Assembly: GCA_017650375.1 (NCBI GenBank)
Contig: JAGCFA010000042.1
Coordinates: 1 to 34,468 of the forward strand
Direction of reading: 5' to 3'
Source: Alphaproteobacteria bacterium
GTDB lineage: Bacteria; Pseudomonadota; Alphaproteobacteria; CAAHEQ01; UBA3637
Length of the DNA: 34,468 nt
The notes under the pieces are model-generated. The model saw nothing but the letters and a program-made list of their open reading frames with translations. It searched no databases and was not told the origin of the DNA. The position numbers and the translations under genes were made by a program. Numbering within the stretch: the first letter of the stretch is position 1; the number at the start of each line of letters is the position of its first letter. Shown here one piece after another: positions 7,601 to 14,251 of the stretch.

Positions 7601-10600
7601 TATTTGGGGCATTTTAACAGTCGCGGAGAAGTTTTGTCTGATCGAGGTGAACTTATTGCTCGTATTGGTCAAGGTGGTTTCCTTTCTAATGCAGACGGTA
7701 TGCTAATCGGTCAGGTTTTAAAACCTGGTGTAGCTGTTGATAACAGTGGTCGTTTTATGGGATGGACACGCTATGATGGCCAGATTGAAAACGGTGTTCA
7801 GGTTGTAGGACAAGTTGGTTTGGATGGTCATGTGTTTGATGCTGCTGGTCAAATGGTTGGCCGTTATTTACCGTTGGGAACGCCGGCCTTTAATGATGAT
7901 GAAAAGTCAGTAGGTTTCTTATCAGATAATGCTGAAGTAATGGATGCAGCCGGATTAAAATTAACCAAAATGGGATACGAACCTTTTGTAATGAATAAAG
8001 GGAACTTGGTTGCTCGGTTTATAGAAGGTGATAATTTCGTGACTTCTTTGGAACAAGGTGAAGTGATTGGAATGACAACCAATGATGGCTCTGTTATTCC
8101 TTTGACTTCTGATCGTTCTGTCGGATCGCTTAAAATGAATCGTCAATTCCTTTCTTCTCGTCAGATTAAAGGGGCTTTAGTTCCGATGGGTGTGCCGGTG
8201 ACACCAACGTTGGGAGTGATCGGCAGTGCAGAATTAAACGGGGAAATATTTAAGGCAGGAAAGCGTTCCGGAATTATAACTGGGATGGGATTGGTATATT
8301 CTCCATCCGGAGAATTAGTGGGAAGTGTTTTAACCCCAGGTGTTATCATTGATTCTAAAGGGGCTTTTGTTGGCCGTAGTTCTGGTACATCAGCGGTTTT
8401 TTCGGGCAATCAACAAATCGGTAATCAGTTAACCTTTGGTGCAGTTTTATCCACTTCCAATGAATGGCTAGGACATTCTATGAAAACGGGGGCTGTTGTT
8501 AATGCTCACGGTGTTTATCAAGGAATTATTGGTTCTAATGGATTGGCTGTTGGTCCAAATGGTGTTTTTGTCGGGCGTGTTTTGCCAGATGGATCAGTTG
8601 CCAGTGTATCTGATTCTTCAGTGTTTAATACAATGCCTTATATTGGTCATACAGTAGAACAAGGAATTGCTATAGAGTATTCAGAGAAAAATACTTCTTT
8701 GGGACATACAACAGCTAACGGTGATGTACTGGATTGGGGTGGCAAAAAAATCGCTCGTATTTCTGATAATGCTTTGGCTTTAGCTAGGAAAGAAGATAAA
8801 ACATTGCCATCGGCTCATATTTTCCCACTTATTTCCGCTATAGATGTTAAGGGAAATGTGATGGGAACAGTAACGTCAGATGGCCGTGTAATCTCTTATA
8901 AAGGTAAGGTCCTAGGAAAACTGGATAATGGGGGCCGTATTCGTTATTTAGAACCAAAAGATAAAGAAGAAAGTTTGAAAATCTTAGGGACAATTGTTCC
9001 AGACGGATTGGTTGTGAATGATTGTAAAATTGTGGGGCAAACGGCATATGATGGTCGAGTAATCAATGGCCAAGGTGTTGTTGTTGGGCGAATTAATACT
9101 GATAAATGGGCAATTGATGTCAATGGTAATAAAATTGGTCGTGTTGCTAAAAATAACCAACCTTGCATTACGGAAGATGGTAAATATTTAGGGCGGAGTT
9201 TGCCTAATTCTATTGTTGTTGATGTAAATGGGGTCCCGGTCGGATGTGCAACAAATTCAGGAGAGATGTTGGATTCTAAAGGCAATTTGCTCTGTAAGAT
9301 TGTTGAAAGAGGGCCTATTGTAGATGGTAATGGAGATATTATTGGTTATCAAGATGACAAAAATTGGGTATGGGATGGTGGGAAAGAACCCATTGGAACA
9401 GTGGATTGGGATAATAAGGCCTGGGATAATAATGGAAACCAAATTGGTATTGGAATTGGCGATCGGACTCTTTTAGATGGAGGTAATACACAAGGAGGAG
9501 ATGGCTGGATTTATAATAAAGAGGGAGAGCCTGTTATCTGGATAAACCCCGACACAGGAAATGCGGAAAATCCGGATGGCGTCGCAGGACTTCATAACTA
9601 TGTTTTGGGAAGAGGTTACTTTGAAGGATGTGATTTTATGGGCTTAGATGGGCGTAAGGTTGCGACGTTGATGGCTGATGGGACGATGCGTGATGAAAAT
9701 GGAGATTTATATGCAACGGTAACACCCAATGGAGATATGTATGAACCCAATGGTAATTTGATTGATCATATTCGTGGATTGGATGTATCCACTCAGTTGA
9801 AACAATGTGGGATGTCTGGTGCCGGAAAAGGGGCTAATCGTATTGTTAAAATTGGTGATCAGCCATTTTTTGTGGATCCCAAAGGTTCTGTCTATAACGA
9901 AGATAATGAAATTATCGGTTGGATGGGCGATGATGGTAAATTATATACCTTTAATAACAAGCCTATTACAGGGGATGTTGGTGGACGCAAACCGCCAGAA
10001 CCTCAAACCGTTGATATTCCAAAAGAAAAGTTAGAGGATTTTCAATCTCGTTTAGCAGAAAAACGCAAGAGTATGCGTGAAAAGTTTGGTAAGGGAACCT
10101 TGTTGATTCCGTCGCCGGAATTGCAAGCACGTGCTAAACCTAAAAAAGATACAGATTGGTCAAAGTTGGGTGTGAGTAAAGATTCTGTTTCAAGTTGGCC
10201 TGTAGATATGACCCATGTTATTTTAGAAGGAAAAGCTATTCCGGCTGTTTTGGCGCGTTCAATCGATTCTCGTTATCCGGATAGTTCCGCTTTGGCGATT
10301 GTTGAAAAGAACGTTTATGGGGAAGAAGGACGTAATATCTTGATTCCGGCAGGCAGTCGTTTGATCGGACAAGCAAGTACCGGACTCAATGCAGCTGGTG
10401 TGGCTAAGATTCAAATTAATTGGAAACGATTAATTCGTCCGGATGGATCAGCCTTTAATTTGGATGATTCGCCTTCTGGAGACGCACAAGGACGTGGTGG
10501 CGTGGCTGCATATCTGGATGCACAATTATGGAATAAATATGCAACGCCTGTTTTGTCGACTTTAGCAACTTCAGCAGTGGCTTATATGATGGCAACCAAT

Positions 10601-11077
10601 GATGATGTGACCACATCTAGCGGTGGTAGTAATGGTCAGCAACAGACGATGTCTCAGAAAGCACAAGCAGCAGCTGATGCACGTAAAAACTTTATTGATA
10701 TGATTCAAATTATTCTGGAAAAAATGATTGAAGAAGCAAATGAAGAACCTCCTGTTATTTATGTGCCAGCAGGAACACGGTTGGTTGTTTTCCCGAAAAA
10801 GGACTTGTGGCTGCGTTCTGTTACGGATGATGAAAAAGATGCCGAAAAGGAATTTGGACCACCTTCTACTGAAGCGCAAGTGCCAGATATGGATTCATGG
10901 GCAGAAAAGAGAAAATCTGAACGGGAAGAACAAGGGGCTTCGGAAAATACAGATGGTGCTTCTGAACAGGTTCCTCCAGATACGGTGGCACCGATTTATA
11001 ACGGGCAAGAAGATATGCCTGATTTGTCTGACAGAAAAGTGATGCCAGTCACGCAAGAAGATAAAAATATGTTTTAG
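4655..11077 (+). CDS. virB10: Giant VirB10/TrbI-family T4SS core protein (2140 aa) with an internal repeat expansion
   Basis: N-terminus: short basic tail plus TM helix YLLFGVGSVLLLFFLLAWC. C-terminus (nt ~10150-10815): TrbI/VirB10 barrel blocks AIPAVLARSIDS, NILIPAGSRLIGQ, INWKRLIRPDGSAF, GRGGVAAYLD, the two antenna helices (NKYATPVLSTLATSAVAYMMA and QKAQAAADARKNFIDMIQIILEKMIE), and VIYVPAGTRLVVFPKKDLWL. An acidic ~85-aa tail follows. It sits between virB9 and virB11 as expected. Confidence 0.9.
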   Translation: MVNNRESLSEQSKRRTNYLLFGVGSVLLLFFLLAWCSMQPEEKTERPRENPDVFNLYREGGDPGKDADMPVFASQGDAQLIITPREVVMDKVIIGSEVAHSVVLRAENAPLLLKKKELAEKDQKEGFDLGGSCMSLDRLEKNEECLLKVSWHPTELRNIQNTLTITWIEDSRSVFKEERSVIILKGQSTDSKDCVICEDIRKEAEQIPEKKLGTNGKEENLNGDEKKTADCLIKDDDDKIIGICRGELIPLSLKNELLGKVDDSHNVIDANGQKIGRLLGDDTIVNSKFEVIGKAIPSVLTAMKGNGRVFGKISVDNNGVSIIDANGKILGFPNIDGQVVDKDGQPIGFLSPWGGVIDSMGNFLGVTMPDGSVLNDKNERVAYMRPMGLAVDSKGILVGGIVPRGIGVGIGRSLGEVSLNGDVKDSFGQVVGRVLLDHSVVDAQMNDLGRVVRQGVIIDTNGQVIGFVNSIGEAVNFEGKIIGHVRPDGTVFAGKRFVGSVMKEGRVIKDGCQQIGSVYPDGSVVNLALTKLGNVTSEGIALDTRHQKLGFISPWGTAIASGCHLLGLLSLDGDVVSVDGMRTGCVNSDLSVQNLQGEISGQVTRLGLFVDNQNQVIGRVRLDGQIMDNKGTIIGCSYEAKKHPGVLVSDEAQGVIVDENGLPLEGTFIGNKAYDERGNWLGNVYFNGWVIGDKGKLIGRVPFSGLVFDDKGQILGSYNQKTGTLVDTSGDRLGRVLPGLSVISLDGKAILGKLIPFGTPFVAMDGTFLGNLRSDGLVVDGAKSVDGTLLANGSIIGKDKKLLGGMISAGPVIASDGKYVGLSVGNGEVVNAQNVKIGRMLSNGLAISDANQVLGHVFPELSIAVSARGFIGFLEPNIQGSQDNPSYQLQVKDTKGNMAGTVSSTGVVLGLNNTVLGNLVPVAPFVDGKGKLIGWSNFEGGVNNLDGRSIGTVLPSGAALDSSQDLFASVVNNAVAVDNFGAYLGHFNSRGEVLSDRGELIARIGQGGFLSNADGMLIGQVLKPGVAVDNSGRFMGWTRYDGQIENGVQVVGQVGLDGHVFDAAGQMVGRYLPLGTPAFNDDEKSVGFLSDNAEVMDAAGLKLTKMGYEPFVMNKGNLVARFIEGDNFVTSLEQGEVIGMTTNDGSVIPLTSDRSVGSLKMNRQFLSSRQIKGALVPMGVPVTPTLGVIGSAELNGEIFKAGKRSGIITGMGLVYSPSGELVGSVLTPGVIIDSKGAFVGRSSGTSAVFSGNQQIGNQLTFGAVLSTSNEWLGHSMKTGAVVNAHGVYQGIIGSNGLAVGPNGVFVGRVLPDGSVASVSDSSVFNTMPYIGHTVEQGIAIEYSEKNTSLGHTTANGDVLDWGGKKIARISDNALALARKEDKTLPSAHIFPLISAIDVKGNVMGTVTSDGRVISYKGKVLGKLDNGGRIRYLEPKDKEESLKILGTIVPDGLVVNDCKIVGQTAYDGRVINGQGVVVGRINTDKWAIDVNGNKIGRVAKNNQPCITEDGKYLGRSLPNSIVVDVNGVPVGCATNSGEMLDSKGNLLCKIVERGPIVDGNGDIIGYQDDKNWVWDGGKEPIGTVDWDNKAWDNNGNQIGIGIGDRTLLDGGNTQGGDGWIYNKEGEPVIWINPDTGNAENPDGVAGLHNYVLGRGYFEGCDFMGLDGRKVATLMADGTMRDENGDLYATVTPNGDMYEPNGNLIDHIRGLDVSTQLKQCGMSGAGKGANRIVKIGDQPFFVDPKGSVYNEDNEIIGWMGDDGKLYTFNNKPITGDVGGRKPPEPQTVDIPKEKLEDFQSRLAEKRKSMREKFGKGTLLIPSPELQARAKPKKDTDWSKLGVSKDSVSSWPVDMTHVILEGKAIPAVLARSIDSRYPDSSALAIVEKNVYGEEGRNILIPAGSRLIGQASTGLNAAGVAKIQINWKRLIRPDGSAFNLDDSPSGDAQGRGGVAAYLDAQLWNKYATPVLSTLATSAVAYMMATNDDVTTSSGGSNGQQQTMSQKAQAAADARKNFIDMIQIILEKMIEEANEEPPVIYVPAGTRLVVFPKKDLWLRSVTDDEKDAEKEFGPPSTEAQVPDMDSWAEKRKSEREEQGASENTDGASEQVPPDTVAPIYNGQEDMPDLSDRKVMPVTQEDKNMF
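5360..9980 (+). repeat. Protein-level tandem array of degenerate 16-18-residue repeats inside virB10, on the order of 80 units. Consensus approx G-x-[VI]-[VI]-D-x-x-G-x-x-[IL]-G-x-[VL]-x-x-[DNP]
   Basis: Consecutive units can be read directly, e.g. DGQVVDKDGQPIGFLSPW / GGVIDSMGNFLGVTMPD / GSVLNDKNERVAYMRPM / GLAVDSKGILVGGIVPR / GDVKDSFGQVVGRVLLD / HSVVDAQMNDLGRVVRQ / GVIIDTNGQVIGFVNSI / GEAVNFEGKIIGHVRPD. The period persists to ...GSVYNEDNEIIGWMGDDGKLYTF. The underlying DNA is diverged: I saw no long identical nucleotide repeats by eye. Confidence 0.8.
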
Positions 11078-11087
11078 GAGATAAAAG

Positions 11088-12077
11088 ATGAGTACTTTGT
11101 CAATTTCCGATACATATAAAGTTTTAGAAATGACCTTAAGGCCGATTGCTTATTGGTATTCTCAAGATAATGTGGAAGAAGTGGCTATTAATAATCCAGG
11201 AGGGATTTGGCTTCGTTTAAGGGGAAAACATGCCCACCCTTGGCATTATTATGAAGATCCTAAATTAACGCGTGAATATTTAAATGATATTATGTATATC
11301 ATCGCCAATACATATGATTTGAACTATGATCCTGTTGGGGGAATTCCGGTCGTATTTGCAGCTTTGCCGGGCGGACATCGTTTTTCTGGGATTGCTGGAC
11401 GTAATGTGATGTATGATAATGATGATTTAACCGGTGGGGTGGCTATGGCCATTCGTGTTTATCGGGAAGATTTAGGTATCAGTATGGAACAGTTTGGGCT
11501 GGTTCAAGGCGGTCGGCTACGCCAAATCAATAAGTTAAAGGATGTGGAAGATCCAGATGATCCTTATGAACGGTTAATTTTGTCAATCAGACGCGGTGAT
11601 CATATTTTGATTAGTGGTGCAACTGCGACAGGTAAAACGACTTTTTTGAATAATATGATTAAGTTATTGGATGAACATAAGCGCATTTTAACTATTGAAG
11701 ATACGCGGGAATTGATTATTACTCAGCCTAATCGTGTGCATATTGTAATGCCTAGAACGGAAGCAGCAAATACGTTTACCTATAAAAACGTGATTGATTT
11801 GGCTGTGCGTTTTACACCGGATTGTATTATTGGTGGGGAAATTTCAACAACAAATGCGGGGGCTCTATGGGAATTGATGGGCTCAGGGCATGACAACTGT
11901 TTTGCCACTATCCATGCGGAAAATCCGGATGCAGCTTATAAAGCTTTTATCGGACGTATTATGCATACTTATCCGGCGATGGATCGGGATAAGCTTTATA
12001 AAGAAATGAAAGAAAAATTGCGTGTAGTTCAGATTAATCGCGATGGCAATATTCGTGCGATTACTGAGATTACTTAA
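11088..12077 (+). CDS. virB11: VirB11 T4SS traffic ATPase
   Basis: SD AGGAGA upstream. Walker A GATATGKTT, Asp box/Walker B region ILTIEDTRELI, His box GSGHDNCFATIHA. Typical length of 329 aa. Expected family is PF00437. Confidence 0.95.
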   Translation: MSTLSISDTYKVLEMTLRPIAYWYSQDNVEEVAINNPGGIWLRLRGKHAHPWHYYEDPKLTREYLNDIMYIIANTYDLNYDPVGGIPVVFAALPGGHRFSGIAGRNVMYDNDDLTGGVAMAIRVYREDLGISMEQFGLVQGGRLRQINKLKDVEDPDDPYERLILSIRRGDHILISGATATGKTTFLNNMIKLLDEHKRILTIEDTRELIITQPNRVHIVMPRTEAANTFTYKNVIDLAVRFTPDCIIGGEISTTNAGALWELMGSGHDNCFATIHAENPDAAYKAFIGRIMHTYPAMDRDKLYKEMKEKLRVVQINRDGNIRAITEIT

Positions 12078-12088
12078 AGGGGGATACA

Positions 12089-12622
12089 ATGGTGCCAACG
12101 CTTTATATTTCCAGAACACCTGATGGAGAAGGTTTACCTCTTCCCAGCTATGAATCAAAGAACCATATTGCTTTAACATTACAGGCTGCTATTTCTATTC
12201 CTGTTCGATTAAAAGCGGGTGAACGTGCTTATGTTCCTGTGGGTTTTGCAATTGGGATTCCCAATGGTTTTTGTGGACAAGTGGTGAGTTTACCTAAATT
12301 AGCACGAGCAGATGGAATAGTTGTTTCTGATGCTCCTCATATTTTGCATCCGGCAGACAGGAACCCACTGTTTGTTTTACTCAGAAACACGTCCGAAAAT
12401 GACTTTGTTTTACACCGTGGTGTTGTGTGTGCACAGTTGGTTATTTTCCCCGCAGTTCAAGTAACATGGAAGGAACTTGAACGTCATGTTAATTCTTCTT
12501 TGACATCAACAGATGAAATTTTATTGGATGAAGCAGAAGAAGAAGTTGTTGATGCAATGGCACCTTCAGCCAGGCGTGAAGTACGTTCAATTCGTAATCG
12601 GTACAAGAAAAATGAAGAATAG
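12089..12622 (+). CDS. dUTPase-fold protein with degenerate catalytic motifs (probable pseudo-enzyme), translationally close-coupled to virB11
   Basis: Collinear with trimeric Dut: LPLPSYESKNHIALTL versus FPLPTYATSGSAGLDL, VPVGFAI versus VPTGLAI, and VCAQLVIFP versus RIAQMIFVP. The motifs are lost. Motif I D is replaced by T (IALTL). Motif II PRSG is replaced by SLPK. Motif III GLIDSDYQG is replaced by HILHPADRN. The Gly-rich motif V is absent and replaced by an acidic-then-basic tail (EAEEEVVD...RREVRSIRNRYKKNEE). SD AGGGGGA. The gene starts 11 nt after the virB11 stop. Confidence 0.7.
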   Translation: MVPTLYISRTPDGEGLPLPSYESKNHIALTLQAAISIPVRLKAGERAYVPVGFAIGIPNGFCGQVVSLPKLARADGIVVSDAPHILHPADRNPLFVLLRNTSENDFVLHRGVVCAQLVIFPAVQVTWKELERHVNSSLTSTDEILLDEAEEEVVDAMAPSARREVRSIRNRYKKNEE

Positions 12623-13082
12623 TTTTGTGTTTTTTCTTTTGTTTGTCCTTTCCACGCCTGTTTTAGGGGCAGAATATGCTTCATTGAAATACGATAAGGT
12701 GAACTTGCGTACGGGGCCGGGGGAACGCTTTCCGATTTTATGGGTTTATCAGGAAAAAAACTTTCCGGTTGAAGTGTTGGACAGCTTTGAAATTTGGCGT
12801 CAAATTCGCGAAAAAGATGGCACGCTTGGTTGGGTACATCAAAATATGTTGAAAAAAACACGTTATGCTATTGTTGAACGGGAAGCTTCTCTTTTAAAAA
12901 AAGATGATCCTCAAGCGCCGGTTGTGGCACTGGTTCAACCGGGAGTGATTGCTAAGGTTGAGGAATGTCCAAAGGGAAATTATTGTCGGATCAGCGTATC
13001 AGATGAAACTCATGCCAAAAAAGGCTGGTTTTTGCGTTCAAACCTATGGGGATTGGACAAAGGCGAAATTATTGAACGTTAG
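12612..13082 (+). CDS. Secreted bacterial SH3-domain protein (COG3807-like)
   Basis: The likely start is ATG 12612, which overlaps the upstream stop. Signal peptide MKNSFVFFLLFVLSTPVLGA. Two SH3b-like segments (VNLRTGPGERFPILWVY...GTLGWVH and ASLLKKDDPQAPVVALVQPGVIAKVEEC...GWFLRSNLWG). Confidence 0.7.
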   Translation: MKNSFVFFLLFVLSTPVLGAEYASLKYDKVNLRTGPGERFPILWVYQEKNFPVEVLDSFEIWRQIREKDGTLGWVHQNMLKKTRYAIVEREASLLKKDDPQAPVVALVQPGVIAKVEECPKGNYCRISVSDETHAKKGWFLRSNLWGLDKGEIIER

Positions 13083-14176
13083 CTTTTTACTTTTCTCAAC
13101 AATTTTTTAAATTTTTCGCACAGGGGATTTTGTTCAGGAATCTCTGAGAAACTTTCCCACAATTCCTTTTGCTTCTTAGTTAGGTTTGTTGGGATTTCCA
13201 CTTGGAAGATGACATGCAAATCGCCACGTTTCTTTCCGCGCAAGGCTGGCATACCTAACCCATCAAACACTTTTTCTGTGCCTGATTGCAATCCGGCCGG
13301 TACTTTATATTCCTTAAGTTCCCCATCCAAAGTCGGAATCTGAACAGTTCCCCCAAATACGGCTGTTGTCAAGGGTAGTGGCATTTTCAAAAACAATTCG
13401 GTCCCCTGGCGTTCAAAAAGGGGATGTTTTTCCACCGTCAAAAACACATATAAATCGCCAGTCACACCATGGGGGGCATAGTTCCCCTCGCCGGACAGAC
13501 GCATGCGTACGCCTGTTTCCACACCGGCTGGGATATTGACTTCCAAAGTTTTCTTTTGGCGCGTCCGCCCACTCGCGCGACATTTAGGACAAGCCTTTTG
13601 AATGGTTTTCCCTGTGCCATGGCAAGTGGGGCATTCTGTTTCCACCACAAAAAAGCCTTGACGTTGCCTAATATGGCCCATTCCACGACAAGTGGCGCAG
13701 GTTTGTACGCCTTCTCCGCCTTCCCCATGACATTCGGGACAAGCCCCAAAATGTTCCACTTCAATTTCTTTTTTAAGGCCAGTCAGAGCTTCTTCCAAAG
13801 TAATTGTCATGTCTGCGCGAATATCTTCCCCGCGAATCCGGCGTGCTTCGCCAGAACGGTGCATGCCAAACATTTCGGAAAAAATGTCTTCAAAGCCTGT
13901 GCCTGAAAAATCAAAGCCTCCAAAGCCGTTTCCGAATCCACCTTGCCCCATACCAGCCTTATAGGCTTCATGTCCAAATTGATCATAGCGTGCGCGTTTA
14001 TCTTCGTCTTTTAAGGTATCATAGGCTTCCACCAATTCTTTAAATTTCTTTTCGGCCTCTTTATCCCCTGCATGATGGTCGGGATGGCAATCTTTGGCTT
14101 TTACGCGAAAAGCCTGCTTAATTTCGTTGGCAGAAGCTGACTTTGAAACACCTAAAATATCATAATAATCGCGCAT
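13079..14176 (-). CDS. dnaJ: Chaperone DnaJ (Hsp40)
   Basis: J domain MRDYYDILGV...HPD, a G/F-rich region and four CxxCxGxG zinc-finger repeats. The true start is probably the MRDYY Met at 14176. The track's longer start at 14209 runs into an intergenic hairpin. Confidence 0.97.
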   Translation of the reverse strand: MRDYYDILGVSKSASANEIKQAFRVKAKDCHPDHHAGDKEAEKKFKELVEAYDTLKDEDKRARYDQFGHEAYKAGMGQGGFGNGFGGFDFSGTGFEDIFSEMFGMHRSGEARRIRGEDIRADMTITLEEALTGLKKEIEVEHFGACPECHGEGGEGVQTCATCRGMGHIRQRQGFFVVETECPTCHGTGKTIQKACPKCRASGRTRQKKTLEVNIPAGVETGVRMRLSGEGNYAPHGVTGDLYVFLTVEKHPLFERQGTELFLKMPLPLTTAVFGGTVQIPTLDGELKEYKVPAGLQSGTEKVFDGLGMPALRGKKRGDLHVIFQVEIPTNLTKKQKELWESFSEIPEQNPLCEKFKKLLRKVKS

Positions 14177-14208
14177 GTCATATCCTTTTATGTTCTTTAG
14201 TATGCACA

Positions 14209-14235
14209 AAAGGCGGGCCTTAAAAGTCCGCCTTT
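14209..14235 (-). terminator. Stem-loop in the dnaK-dnaJ intergenic region (possible attenuator or partial terminator)
   Basis: AAAGGCGGGC / CTTAAAA / GTCCGCCTTT gives a 10-bp stem including one G-U pair, with only a short U-tract on the - strand RNA. This would fit partial termination that sets the DnaK:DnaJ ratio. Confidence 0.4.
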
Positions 14236-14251
14236 CATTAACAAGTTATTT

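Noticed and set aside
6811-9442. Numerous 60-117-aa ORFs on the - strand inside virB10 (e.g. 6811-7131, 7150-7503, 8944-9285).
   Set aside because: They are antisense shadow frames of a long, coherent + strand gene. They have low-complexity P/S/T/F-rich translations, no SDs and no recognisable motifs.
5360-9980. CagY-style recombination-prone DNA repeats, or assembly collapse or expansion, as the explanation for the giant virB10.
   Set aside because: Equivalent repeat units use different codons and I could not find long identical nucleotide stretches by eye. That makes both frequent homologous rearrangement and repeat-driven misassembly unlikely. A dot-plot and long reads are still needed to be certain.
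5360-9980. The repeat array being DotG-type pentapeptide, RTX (GGxGxD), hexapeptide or YD/RHS repeats.
   Set aside because: The period is ~17 residues, with a single D-x-x-G-x-x-[IL]-G core per unit. There is no 5-, 6- or 9-residue sub-periodicity and no YD dipeptide signature.
13079-13082. Convergent genes with overlapping or abutting stops and no terminators (SH3/dnaJ at 13079-13082, LOG/ruvX at 24468-24474, proS/kinase at 30342-30347).
   Set aside because: This is consistent with general genome compaction in this window, and there is no specific functional signal beyond tight packing.
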